This document shows, in pieces, positions 42,567-54,055 of a DNA stretch of 64,000 bases. The notes under the pieces were generated by a model. It made no database searches. It was not told where the DNA came from and saw only the letters and a list, made by a program, of their open reading frames with translations. Within the stretch, counting starts at the first letter, position 1. Every line of letters begins with the position of its first letter. The stretch comes from Naegleria gruberi (lineage: Eukaryota). Where the stretch lies: NCBI GenBank assembly GCA_000004985.1, contig GG738887.1; one strand, given 5' to 3'. A program made the translations under genes and the position numbers.

Positions 42567-45513
42567 TTACAAAAGCTTGGTGAGCTTATCGAATCTTGGA
42601 GGATCATTTGGATCTGTACGTTTTTGAATTTCTTTCTGAATAACTACTAAATCTGAAGATGCTCTATTTTTGACAATTTCGTTTCTGAATATTTCTGGAG
42701 AACGATTATTGATTTGTTCGAATGCCTCACAAATTTTGTCAATGAGCATATCATAAACTCGTTTGGAATACTTTTTCTGTTCAAATTGATCAGAACTAAG
42801 GAAGGTGCTCGAACCCAATGTTCTATAAACACTATTGGCTTGCTTGCACATGGTAATGAATGGTGTTGGATTCTTATCATTTACATTAGTCCAATTATAA
42901 TTTGGAATTTCAGATAGTTGGTATTTGAGAGCATCACCCAGAATTGAGACAATCTTTTCGAAAATAGCAATTCTGTGCTCTAGTAAATCAGTTATAAAAT
43001 CTCCAAATTTGACAAGTTGCTTCTTCTGACCCTCTTGAAGTGCTGTTTCAATCTTGGATTGAATGTAAGGCATCAAGAGAATCAAATAATGCAAACAATC
43101 AGAGGCCAGGATTAAATGTTTTGGTGTTATACTTGTGATGGCACTATTGACCTCTCTTGCCTTGGCCATGAGTACCAATTCTTTGAGTTCTGAATTGTAA
43201 ACTTGCAATAATTGCAAAATTCTTCCATGAAGATCAATTGCACTAATAAATGAAAAATCGTTTGATAATAGCTGAGAATATTGATAGATAAACTTGAGTA
43301 GGCAGAGAGCACTGGTAGATAATTTGAATTTGATACCATTGGCTAAAATATAAGATGATTTGTCTTCTTCTGCAGTCTTGGCATTCTTCTGGGAGGTAGT
43401 AGAGGCAGGAACAGTTGTTGGAGGAGGTAAAGACATGGCTTGAGCTTCACCAGTCAATAGGAATGCACACTTTTGATACTTTTCAGGAATGGATGGCACG
43501 GCTTCCCAAGTATCTCTGGCAAGTCTCTTCTTTAATCTTTGGACATAAGTGGTGTGGAAATCATCCAAAAATACCTGTCCATGATGTTGTAATTTTCCTT
43601 TCAGTATGGTACATTTCTTATAAACCATACTGTCTGATTTGGTGATGAATTTACTACCTGTAGCCATGTATGTGGAAAATAGAGTTGGTGAAAATTTGGA
43701 AATGACCTTATCAATACCAGAGCAAAAGTTTGAAAGTTGTTGTTGAGTACTCTCGTGCATGAAGGATTGAATTTTGGCAACTTCACGGCCTAGGTTTTTC
43801 AGTTTTACAGTATTAATGATAATCTTGTCGGTACTGGAATCGGCTTTCTCATTTTCTTCTTTGCAAAATTGATCCACAGCAAAGCAAAAATCTGTAAATC
43901 TCTGGAGTTTAATTAGGGCTAATGAAACAATGGAATCAAACTGAATTTAAATGTGTCATCAAGGCAAATGTTACAAAATTACTTACACTCTTACACCATG
44001 AATCTGCCAAATCTTTGGTCACTTCGGTGGAGGGTGTGAAAACTGGTGGCTTGATCGATTTCATCAGCTCTTCAGTCTCTGAAGGTACTAGCTTTTTGGC
44101 ATGAGCCATTACAGGTACTGCAAGATTTCTGTATAGAGTGGCTTTCAATAATGAAGCGAGTTTAGTGTTCCAATCTGAAGAAGTCGTATCCTTTTGAAGT
44201 ATTTCAGCTATTAATTCCGAAATTTCTTGTTTGATTGTCATGTCGATTACACCTAATTCAACTTCAATTTCTTTTGGTATGTGCTTTAGGCAGTTAACAT
44301 TGCTCAGTTCACTGTGTTCCTGAAGAGTAGATTCAATAGTATTGATAATTTCAAGGGCTGATAAGACGTCCCCTCTATTTGCAACCATAACCTTGACAGC
44401 AGTCAGACTTTGTTGAATAGAATCAATCAAGACAATATACTCCAATGTCTTGGTTAGATTTTGCTTTTTTCTTACAAGATTACCAACTTCCAAAGGTTTC
44501 AAAACAGCATTCTCCTCATATTTCTTAATTTTAGATCTTAAAGATCCAACTAGAGGTATAGAGCTGATCAGTGTTTCATACAGATCATTGTATTGCATCA
44601 TGGAATCGAAAATTTCACTGGATCTCTTATTGACCTGAGTTTGAACTTGGTTTTCAACCTGATCCAGATAATAACTCAATTTCTCCTGCAAGAGTAGTGA
44701 TGCAGATTCATTCTCCGAGCTAAAAACCTTATTGAAATAAGTTGGTGTTGAAAGTTCAAAATTTTCATCAAAAAAGTAGGCAGGTACGCCCTCTCTCCTT
44801 GACATGTAATCCACAATGTTAAGATTACTTGTTAAACTCTTTTCCGATTTGTGTGGCACCAACTTTGTCATTTCTCGATTAAATGTTTCTATTAATTGAA
44901 TATATTCTTTAAAACTATCAATATTAATAGAATCTCCGAATGTTGGTGAAATTGTTGATGGTGATGTTGTTACATTTCTATTATTTACATTCTTTACTTT
45001 CGGGTTTTTCACAAAACACGATTCTACATTTACATCTTCAAATTTTCTAGCATCAACATTTGCAATTGCTTTAAAATCCTCATCCGTCAAATCATGAATT
45101 TCCATTAATTGTTTTTCCAATAATTCAGCCGATGTTAATGAAGTAGCACTATTCAATGAAGAACTACTACTTGATCCAAACCATGATGAAAACAGTGTTG
45201 ATAAACTTGGTGATGAATTATTCAAAGCCTTCGGATCATTCAAAACCGATGAAAAATCCATGTTATTATATGAAGTAAATGATGAGTAATACTTGTTAAT
45301 ACGATCTCTCGGTGCTATATTTTGAAACTCTTCTTCCATCCTCGTTAAACGTTCTCTTGCTGATGGCGTTGATATAAAACTGGGCAAACTCTCATCTTCT
45401 GTATTGTTGTTGCTTCCTGCTGTTGTTGTTTTGTTAGTCTTCACTGTTTGGACGCTGAGAATTTCTATTGAAAAATCATCATCATCCGATTCTATTTTTC
45501 GTTTATTTTCCAT
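42567..45513 (-). CDS. large helical protein, tentatively a vesicle-tethering complex subunit (Vps54/GARP-like), ≥2 exons
   Basis: two long minus ORFs (45513..43936 and 43877..42567) in different frames separated by a GTAAGT-containing gap near 43880-43940; Ser-rich N-terminus and helical C-terminus; the family assignment is weak. Confidence 0.3.
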
Positions 45514-45676
45514 GTTATTATTATTATTAGTATTGTTGTTGTTAATTTATTATATGATGAATTGATGTTAGTGAAGAGAGTTTTTGTTGTTGAATATTTT
45601 TGATATTTTTTTTTAATGATGAAAAATTATTGTAATCAAATTAACAATTTTTAATATTATTTAATTTGTTACAATT

Positions 45677-46882
45677 TTATTTAAATATTTTTATAGAGTG
45701 ATTGTTTTCATCGGCAACCAAGAGTTGACCATTCTGATCGTCTATTGTTAAGCCGAATGGACAATACAATGGTCCGAATGAACCGTACGATCTAACAAGT
45801 TTGAGTCTTTCGTCTTTCTGTGGGCCGACTAATCCTGAACTATTCCATTCGAAGGCTAAAATTCGATTTTTGAGTGGACTTGAAACTATAATCTTTTCAG
45901 GTCTCAGAGTATTCTCCCTACTCTTATCAATGCAGATTCCTAGTGGACAGATTCCAAACAGATCTGAAGAATTTACCGAATCTTGATCATCATTTAGAAA
46001 TCCTTCTGGGATGAAGGAGCAAACGAGTTCTAATTGAGAAGGATTTGAGGATGATTCTCTTAGAATCTTAATGGAGCCGTTCCAATATTCTGAAATGATT
46101 AGTTCACCAGCAAGAGAAAAGTCAATCATCCAAGGCTCATGCAAATGACTCGTTTCGAATAAAGGTTGTGATGAGATAATTCCAGGAGGAGATTTTAAAG
46201 GAAATGAAAAGGAAGAAATGGAACGAATGAAACTACCATCTAAGGAACTTAATATGACAATTCTATTATGTCCACTATCACAGACGTACACTTGTTTGTT
46301 TCTTACTGAGATTCCAATAGGATAATAAAACTCAAGTGCTGAATCGACTAAAGAATTGGCTGCATCTTCTTGTGAAGGTTGTTGAATGGCAGTTTCCACA
46401 TCAGAAGCAAGATCTATTTCGTCCAAATTCAATTCTTGTCTCACTTGACGAAAGTTCTTTGCCTTCTCTCCTCTTTCCCATAGTTTCGTATATTTTACAT
46501 CATCTAACATGAGCCAAATTCTCAATTTGCACACTTTTGTAAAACTCAAAGTGATGAACAAGTTGTCAAAATCGTCTTCATCCACAGCTAGGCATTGTGG
46601 ACTTTCGTCCAACTCTATCGAATAGAGAAACATTTTTGTAAATAAATTGAAAAGTGCAATTTTTCGATTTCCAAAATCACTCACAAACACAATTCCCATC
46701 TGATATGAAATTTTCACATCTTTCGGATAAGAAAATCTATAAGAATCCGAATCTTCTTGACCTAAAGAATGAATTTGTTCGAAATTTGCAGAAAATGAAA
46801 TTCTATTTCGTTGATTTGAAGATAATTTATCTCTAAGCATTGGTTGCAGAGGTAGAAAGTCAGAGAGATGGAGTGTTGTCAT
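45677..46882 (-). CDS. NHL-repeat (six-bladed beta-propeller) protein
   Basis: NHL-type units 'YPIGISVRNKQVYVCDSGHNRIVIL' and 'FGPLYCPFGLTIDDQNGQLLVADENNHSIKIF'. Confidence 0.55.
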   Translation of the reverse strand: MTTLHLSDFLPLQPMLRDKLSSNQRNRISFSANFEQIHSLGQEDSDSYRFSYPKDVKISYQMGIVFVSDFGNRKIALFNLFTKMFLYSIELDESPQCLAVDEDDFDNLFITLSFTKVCKLRIWLMLDDVKYTKLWERGEKAKNFRQVRQELNLDEIDLASDVETAIQQPSQEDAANSLVDSALEFYYPIGISVRNKQVYVCDSGHNRIVILSSLDGSFIRSISSFSFPLKSPPGIISSQPLFETSHLHEPWMIDFSLAGELIISEYWNGSIKILRESSSNPSQLELVCSFIPEGFLNDDQDSVNSSDLFGICPLGICIDKSRENTLRPEKIIVSSPLKNRILAFEWNSSGLVGPQKDERLKLVRSYGSFGPLYCPFGLTIDDQNGQLLVADENNHSIKIFK

Positions 46883-47145
46883 TTCTTTTAACTGTTTTTT
46901 GGTTTTTAATTTTTTTTGGTTGCCTTTTTTAGATTGTCAAAGTCAACAATTATTCGAAACCATTCGTCTACAGCTTTACAGTAGTTAAATGTTACAATAA
47001 TGTTGGGTAAAAAGCAAATTGGTACAATTTCCATAATGTAAAAAGTTATTCGAAACTTCGCTGACATCAAAAACGAACCTTTCACATTGTAAACTTTAGA
47101 TTTTTAACATTTCACCTGTCTGGCAGGATATTTCACAATAAAAAA

Positions 47146-48863
47146 ATGTCTCAACCAACAGATAAGAGATTGTGCTTTCTAACAGCATCAGAAATGTTAG
47201 AAAGGTTTCGTTCACTTTCCCTCTCTCCAAAAGATGTAATTCTCGATGTTTTGAATAGAATTGAACAATTAAATGATCGTGCCAATGCTTACTGTTACGT
47301 TGAAAAGAGAGAAACTTTGATCAAATTGGCAGAAGAATCCGAAGGTAAGTTTATTCGAAAATTCTATTCGAAAGATCTAAAAAAATCAGCAAGATATCAA
47401 AAGAATATTGCACTTCCAATGGATGGTATCCCAATTTCTGTCAAGGATTTATTCATGGTCAAGGGAATGCCATCTTTCTTTGGTTCGAAAGCTTACTCCA
47501 CTCAACGTCAAGAAGATTTTGACAGGAAAAATAACACAACACAAGATGAAAGAGCTCTCATTGATGTAATCGATTCTCCAAGTGTTGAACATGCTAGAAA
47601 TGCTGGTTGTATCATTTTGGGTAAAGTAACTAGTCCAGAATTTGGATGGCAAGGTGTCACTCTTTCACCAATGACAGGTGTCACGCCAAATCCTTTTAAT
47701 TTCAAATTGAGTGGAGGTGGAAGTTCAGGAGGAAGTAATTGTGTCATGTTGGGAATGGGGCCTTTGAGCATTGGATCAGATGGAGCTGGAAGTGCTAGAA
47801 TTCCTTGTGCATTTTCAAATGTTTCGTCTATTAAGGTGAGTTTCTAATATTGTCAAGAGTTTAAAATTTTATGGATTTTATTGGAAAGGCAACTGTTTCT
47901 GTAGTGCCACACTATCCAGCTTCTCCATTAGGAACTTTGGCTAACGTGTGTCCTATGGCTACAACCATTCGAGATGCCGCACTATTTTTGGATATCATAG
48001 GACAACCACATCCTTCAGATCCGTTATCGATTCATCCTTCCAGATTTGAAAATGCAAACGATTATCATGATTTCAAAGATTCTTCCCATGAAAAGAGAAA
48101 ATTCTCCACTCAACTCGATACTGGAATTAAGGGTTTGAGAATTGGTTTGAATTTCTCCCTCTCAACCTATTGTGATCCTAAAATTGAGGAATCTGTTAGA
48201 AAGGCAGCCAAAATATTGGAAAATCTTGGAGCTATCGTTGAGGAAGTTCCACTTCTCCCATTCCAAAAGGAGAAGCTTGATGTTTTTGGAACATTTAAGA
48301 TTTTGTGGTGTACGGGATGTAAGGCAATGGTAGAGAAGAGGATTCGTCCAGAGTATCGTCACTTGGTTGATCCAAATTTGATGGATGCTGCCTCGAGAGG
48401 AGAGAAATATAGTGCCTATGATTTTATTAGCTCTGAAATGGTGAGAACGACCATGTCTTCCCTAATGAATACTCAATTCTTTAATAGATATGATCTATTG
48501 ATTACACCAACACTTCCAATTACTCCTTTTGAAGCTCATTTGGAAACAATTCCAGATGAAAATATTCGAAAGCTCTTGTGTGGATTTGGTAATTCAACCA
48601 ACACAATTATGAAACCATCTGATTCTCCATTCTTTGAGGAAGAATATGATCCAATGAGATGGTGGATGTTCTGTCAATATACATATCCATTCAATTTGAT
48701 GAAATTACCCGCTTCAAACGTTCCATGTGATAAATATGTTGGCTTGCAAGTGATTGGACCTGAGTATGGAGAAAGTTTAGTCTTACGTGTTGCTAATGAA
48801 TTTCAAAAGAGTATTGATTTGGAATTCTTGAAAGATTTATCAAAGAATACCTTCACTGATTAA
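47146..48863 (+). CDS. amidase-signature family enzyme (Glu-tRNA amidotransferase A subunit / fatty-acid amide hydrolase-like), 3 exons
   Basis: exons 47146..47344, 47390..47835, 47889..48863 (introns 45 and 53 nt); the AS signature 'GGSSGGSNCVMLGMGPLSIGSDGAGSARIPCAF' is present; the second splice gives '...NVSSIK|ATVSVVPHYPASPLG'; the first intron is in-frame and stop-free, so it could be retained. Confidence 0.8.
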
Positions 48864-48927
48864 TAAAATGAGGCAACTAAAAACTTTTAATCCATTGTAA
48901 TATTTTCATAGTCTTATTTTCTTTTAT

Positions 48928-50253
48928 TTAACAAAGCATGGAAGGATTATCAAATGCCTCAACACAAGAATACCTACTGAGGTTTGCATTTTCCTTGACC
49001 CAATTATGAAGCATTGTAATGAAGGGAAACACACAGGTAGAACTTCTTGTAGGAGCTGCCAGAATTTGAATCATTCTAATCAAGTGCTCAATCTGTAAAT
49101 GCTCAAAACCAAGATAATCAATGAGACAGTGAAAAATTGATTTTTCAGCTGGTGAGTAGGGTGTTTGTGTGATGAAGGAGAAATCATATGTAAATTCCTC
49201 ATTATTCATGGAAAATATTGGCTCTTTCTGTCTTCTAAAGATACAAATTTTTGTTTCGTCCTCAAAGGCCTCAGCTAATTGAGGATATTCTTCTTGAATT
49301 TTTGGATAGGTACATTCCAGTGAAAAATCCGAATGATTCACAGAGTATTGGCTTCTCAATTCCAAGCAACAAATATTTCCATTCAATCCCTTAATGGAGA
49401 TGGATGAATGATGGTGCTTGACTGCCAAGTCTTGATCAATTCTCACCGATTCTATCACTGTATGATTATAGAAATAGTCAATCTCATTAATTATTGTGGA
49501 GAGTGGTAATTTCTTCTCATGAGGCACATAGTATACACTTTGATAATTTGCAATATTTCTCGTATAGAGAGTACTGGCATATTTACATTGTTCCAAGTGA
49601 TTTTTCCAATCCTCTCCTTTCTGAATATAATTCTTGTACAATTTAAAATCGTGGAATGCATTCTTTCGATGTCTCAATAAATTCACAATTGATCGTTCCA
49701 TCTCCAAAGCAATATTTTTCGATCCCTCAATCTCATAATACAGCATGGCCAGATTTAACTTGTCTGATTCTGATAAATTTCTTCTCCATTCATTCTTCAA
49801 ACTTGAAACCCATAATAATTCATTCACATCTCCATTGTAAAATCCAAGAAAGATATCTCGATGCAAATACAAGAATCTCCAATCTAAATCTCTCCTCTTC
49901 CAAACAACATTATTAGAAAATTCAGAAAATTGCTCCGAATGGAATTCATGCCTCTCGAATGAACCTTTAAATTCAATCCATTGTCTTTCTAATTGTGTTA
50001 CAACAAAATCCTTCCAATATAATTCCTTCCATAATAATTGAGCATAATTTTGATAAGTCTGAGCATGATGATGATGATCGGAAGAATTTGAACAAGTAAT
50101 TAATTCATTCCAAAATTTTGAAACTCTTCTCCATCGTTCCAATTCCTTAGCATCATCCGTAATGAAGAGAAGAATATGAATGATTACATCCTCCTTGCCA
50201 GGAGAGAAGAGTAATGCACATGGATCGGAATATTTACAAATATGTGGAAGCAT
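48928..50253 (-). CDS. unknown protein with an F-box-like N-terminal motif
   Basis: 'VIIHILLFITDDAKELERWRRVSKFWNELI' is F-box-like; the rest is unassigned. Confidence 0.35.
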   Translation of the reverse strand: MLPHICKYSDPCALLFSPGKEDVIIHILLFITDDAKELERWRRVSKFWNELITCSNSSDHHHHAQTYQNYAQLLWKELYWKDFVVTQLERQWIEFKGSFERHEFHSEQFSEFSNNVVWKRRDLDWRFLYLHRDIFLGFYNGDVNELLWVSSLKNEWRRNLSESDKLNLAMLYYEIEGSKNIALEMERSIVNLLRHRKNAFHDFKLYKNYIQKGEDWKNHLEQCKYASTLYTRNIANYQSVYYVPHEKKLPLSTIINEIDYFYNHTVIESVRIDQDLAVKHHHSSISIKGLNGNICCLELRSQYSVNHSDFSLECTYPKIQEEYPQLAEAFEDETKICIFRRQKEPIFSMNNEEFTYDFSFITQTPYSPAEKSIFHCLIDYLGFEHLQIEHLIRMIQILAAPTRSSTCVFPFITMLHNWVKENANLSRYSCVEAFDNPSMLC

Positions 50254-50489
50254 TTTTTTCTAAAAAAATAAAATCTTATTTATCATATGCAAATTATTTA
50301 ATAATATTTTGATTTTTTATGTATAACTGAATCATTGGATTAAAATGATCAAGATTTATGCATAATTATAATAGAAGTTTATTGAACGAAAACTTCAGTC
50401 TTTTCAAAGATGGAAACTCCAAGTTTGGCAATAGAACTGGCACATCTATTAAATGTCGTGTTAAAAAGTGTAAAAATAATATTCGAAAC

Positions 50490-50846
50490 TTACTCTCCCT
50501 TCTTGACAACCTTTCCTTCTTTCAATCTTGAGGCAATAGTAACACCATCAATTTGAATCATTACCCACCAAATAACCCAGAATGGAAGAACACAAATACC
50601 AATGAAAACAAACATTAAAACAACAATCAAGAAGTAAAAGAAAATATTCAAGACAATATAGGTGATACCCTTTCCAGCCTGTAAAGAGAAAATAGTTTAG
50701 AATAGTTATGTACATTGTGTACTTACTTGTCCCATAACAATATGGCCAAGACCAAGGAAAAGGAAGTTCAATAAAAAGACCAAGATTGGTTCAATGTTGG
50801 TATTTGGCACTTGGTCGTCGCTGGCAATAGGTTGTTGTTGTTTCAT
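50490..50846 (-). CDS. small (~102 aa) two/three-TM membrane protein, 2 exons
   Basis: exons 50846..50727 and 50677..~50490 (49-nt GTAAGT...AG intron); 'MKQQQPIASDDQVPNTNIEPILVFLLNFLFLGLGHIVMGQ|AGKGITYIVLNIFFYFLIVVLMFVFIGICVLPFWVIWWVM...'; both exons fall below the 60-aa ORF-track cutoff. Confidence 0.5.
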
Positions 50847-51915
50847 TGTGTAGAGCTGCACTGTTGATTATGTTGTTTTGTTTTTTTGAAGTGGGGTGAA
50901 ATTTGGCGATAATAAGCGTTTGGTTTCATTGTGTTTTTACATGACAGTTATCTCCAAAAGAGAACAACAAACCACAAAAGCATAAATTGTAAAGAGCAGT
51001 GAAGTTAGCTGGAAAGAATTTGGAAGGTGGATGAATTAACAGATGAACGTACGAATGGTTCATAACAAGTGGCAACTACAGTTCAACCAGCCCTTCTACA
51101 GACTATTTCATTGTATCATCTTCCTTCTTTCTTCTAATTATGCTTGTTGCCATTCGTGCAAGAGCACATGCATTCCATCGTTCCAATCAATGTTTCATCA
51201 ATATTATCCGAAAATTATAATATGTAATATAATAATACTCTCCATGATATTCCTCCATCAAGTCATCATATTAAATAATATTAAAATAATAAATATAATT
51301 TTTCTTTCCGATTTAATTTCACTCATAAAATTCATGGCAATTTCCCTTATTCCACTTTCCATATATTTCCCAGAACACAAATCTTTCCAACACCAACCAA
51401 TACCTGACCACCACTGAAACAATCTCAAAGATGATGAACCTATTAGTGATGATATCATCACAGTTCCATCACAAACTCGCTTCAAAAAAATAGCGCGAAA
51501 ACTCAAAGCCTTTTCTCTCCATTTTTTAGGCTTGTTTTTTGTCTAAGCCTACTTGCCTGTTGTTCTCTATAGTTCTAAGCAGACAAGGAAACAAGCCTTC
51601 CTCATTGATTACAAAGCATAACTATTGACAAATATACAAACACACGGTCCAATTTAAGGTCGTTACGATATAAAAGGAATGCGCTAGAGTTCAACAAGAC
51701 TAAAAAACAAACTCAAAAAAAACAAATCAATTAATTGCATTGCACTTTTTGCTCTCAAAGTTCACATATTGAGATTTAACAAGGCTTTGAAATTTATATT
51801 CCCTATATTCATCATCATCATTAATCTATTATATTGGCACATAGACGAAACGTTTCGGTAAGTAATTATGCAATATTATCCAACTCATTGATTGCTTCCT
51901 ATATGATAAAGAAAG

Positions 51916-53967
51916 ATGGAAACTATGCAAATTGACTCAACTCCACAACACACCAAGGCTATCACACAATCTCCACATTCATCATCATCACTCGTCGACA
52001 CTTGCACTCCAATCAAGAAGAGAAAGAATTATTCCAATAGAATGTCAACTTCATTATCATCTGTAGAACAAGGCTCCGCTCCATGTGACCAGCCTTCATC
52101 AGCTACTGACTCTAACATTTCCTCACTCTCATCAGGTCACAACAATGAAGTGGATCATGATGATTCATTCATGCATCAAATCTCTTCTCCTATTCCTCAT
52201 TTTCAAGTTGGTTCATTGATTAGAGGAGGTCTGAGAAGAGATTTCGAGGAAGATCATCTCCTTTTGGAACAAGTTGAAGGTGCTTTAGATTCTCCAATGA
52301 AAACAACTCTTTCATCTCCAATGAATCAAAGTAACACTCCTCCAAGAAGAAAGAGAAGCTTGGATAAATTAGATGAAATTCCAGAATGGAGAAAGAAGGA
52401 AGAAGCAAACACCAACAGTGAATTCTCAGCCTTTTCAAGTGGAAGTTCAACAGCCACTCCAAAGAAGACAAGATCTAGGAATGGATCCTTTACCACTCCT
52501 CAACATGGTCGTAGCTCTTGGTTCAGAAATGTCACACCAAACAAGCCTAGTCCTGCATCCTCTGATTGTGCTTCAACTGATTCCACTCCAACTCAAGCCT
52601 CAACTGATAGAGCTAATTCAAGTCCATTCAAATCAGATTTGAAGAATAGTAATTTTACATTTCAAAAGTTTGCCCCTCATGCTTTGCACGTTCACTGTTC
52701 CTTAATGAAAGCAAAGGCTCCAACTGTTTACATGCAAAACGAATCCAAAGTTGACACTGATGGCAGAATCAATTACACCTTCGAATGTGGTCTCTCCTGT
52801 GTCAGCAGAGAGAATACGATTATGAGTGCATCTGGTAAGCATCATAACAAGACTCACGCCAAATCCATTGCTGCAAGAAGACTCCTCTCAGACTTGTATC
52901 CAGAGTTTAAGGGTAATTTGGAGCAAATCATCAGGTTTTTGGATAAGGAACTTCAAGAAAAGAAGCTTAATTTGAGAAGAATCCTTCCAAACGATGTTGA
53001 AATGAATAAGCAACAGCAACAAATCAAGATGGCTAATGAACGTCTCTTGAAAGAAGGTTTCAATTCTATGGACACTGCTTCTGATTCTAGCTCTCAACAA
53101 CTACCAACTCAAGATTCTAACAAACCAGCCAGCAATCAACCAAATCAATACAATTTCTTCCATGTTCCTTTCGAGGAAGCTATTAAGGTTTTGAATGAAT
53201 TGATTCACATTAGAGGATACAATTATCCAACTTGTCAACAGAGAGAAATTGAAGAGAATGGAGGCACTGTTCAACAAGTTACAATGATTTTAGAAATGCC
53301 AAACGACAAGGGGGTTTACTACTCTGAAGGTAAGGCATATGATCTCAAGGTTGCCAAAGGAGAATGTTCATGGAAGATGCTCTGCTACTTGTTCCCTAGC
53401 TTTAATTCTAACTGGTATTTGATTAGAGATTTCGTCGAAGATTTGAGAACCAAGAGAAAGATGGAGAAACTCAAGAAGAGAGAAGAAACCTTGGTGAGAA
53501 GAAAGTTGGAATTTAGCAATCAAGAACAATCTGAAGATTCCAGACAAATGGCTGAACACTCCCAACATGAATATGGAAAGAAGGGAGAAGAAGTACTTTC
53601 CAAGCAAGTTCCTCCTCCACCTCCTATGCCTCCTCGTGATATGAATAATGGATCTCCAAGTTGGTTCTATTCCAATATGCACAATATCAGTCCACCAATG
53701 AACATGTATCATCATAATCAATTCTTGCAATATAATCCTCCAATCAATAGTCATTCAATGATGTTCTCCAATCAAATGCATCATCAACATCCTTACTGGT
53801 ATCACCCATATCAAAACAATCATGGCCATTGCTATTGTAGTAGTTGTGTTGCTTCCAATTCAAATATGCCACCTCCATACTACTCACAACAACAACACTC
53901 CCTCTTTTCTCAATCATTTCCAAACGAACAATCTCAACAAGGAGAATATCGTTCCCAAAAACATTAA
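51916..53967 (+). CDS. nuclear-type protein with a dsRBD-like motif ('GKHHNKTHAKSIAARRLLSDL'), Pro-rich and Gln/His-rich C-terminus; function unknown
   Basis: single 683-aa ORF from a real ATG; a TATA-like 'gatataaaagg' sits ~245 nt upstream. Confidence 0.4.
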   Translation: METMQIDSTPQHTKAITQSPHSSSSLVDTCTPIKKRKNYSNRMSTSLSSVEQGSAPCDQPSSATDSNISSLSSGHNNEVDHDDSFMHQISSPIPHFQVGSLIRGGLRRDFEEDHLLLEQVEGALDSPMKTTLSSPMNQSNTPPRRKRSLDKLDEIPEWRKKEEANTNSEFSAFSSGSSTATPKKTRSRNGSFTTPQHGRSSWFRNVTPNKPSPASSDCASTDSTPTQASTDRANSSPFKSDLKNSNFTFQKFAPHALHVHCSLMKAKAPTVYMQNESKVDTDGRINYTFECGLSCVSRENTIMSASGKHHNKTHAKSIAARRLLSDLYPEFKGNLEQIIRFLDKELQEKKLNLRRILPNDVEMNKQQQQIKMANERLLKEGFNSMDTASDSSSQQLPTQDSNKPASNQPNQYNFFHVPFEEAIKVLNELIHIRGYNYPTCQQREIEENGGTVQQVTMILEMPNDKGVYYSEGKAYDLKVAKGECSWKMLCYLFPSFNSNWYLIRDFVEDLRTKRKMEKLKKREETLVRRKLEFSNQEQSEDSRQMAEHSQHEYGKKGEEVLSKQVPPPPPMPPRDMNNGSPSWFYSNMHNISPPMNMYHHNQFLQYNPPINSHSMMFSNQMHHQHPYWYHPYQNNHGHCYCSSCVASNSNMPPPYYSQQQHSLFSQSFPNEQSQQGEYRSQKH

Positions 53968-54055
53968 GCATCAAGTTGGTAAAGAAAAATAGTTAAGTCT
54001 ATAGTTCATTCCAACTTGGCTTGTTTAAATTGTATATTTATAATAAACTGTGTAT

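Noticed and set aside
51043-51506. ORFs 51043..51417(+) and 51258..51506(-) in the ~1-kb intergenic region upstream of the dsRBD-like gene
   Set aside because: The sequence is AT-rich and low complexity with Ile/Leu/Phe-rich translations and no start context; it is more likely promoter/UTR sequence, with a TATA-like element at ~51665.
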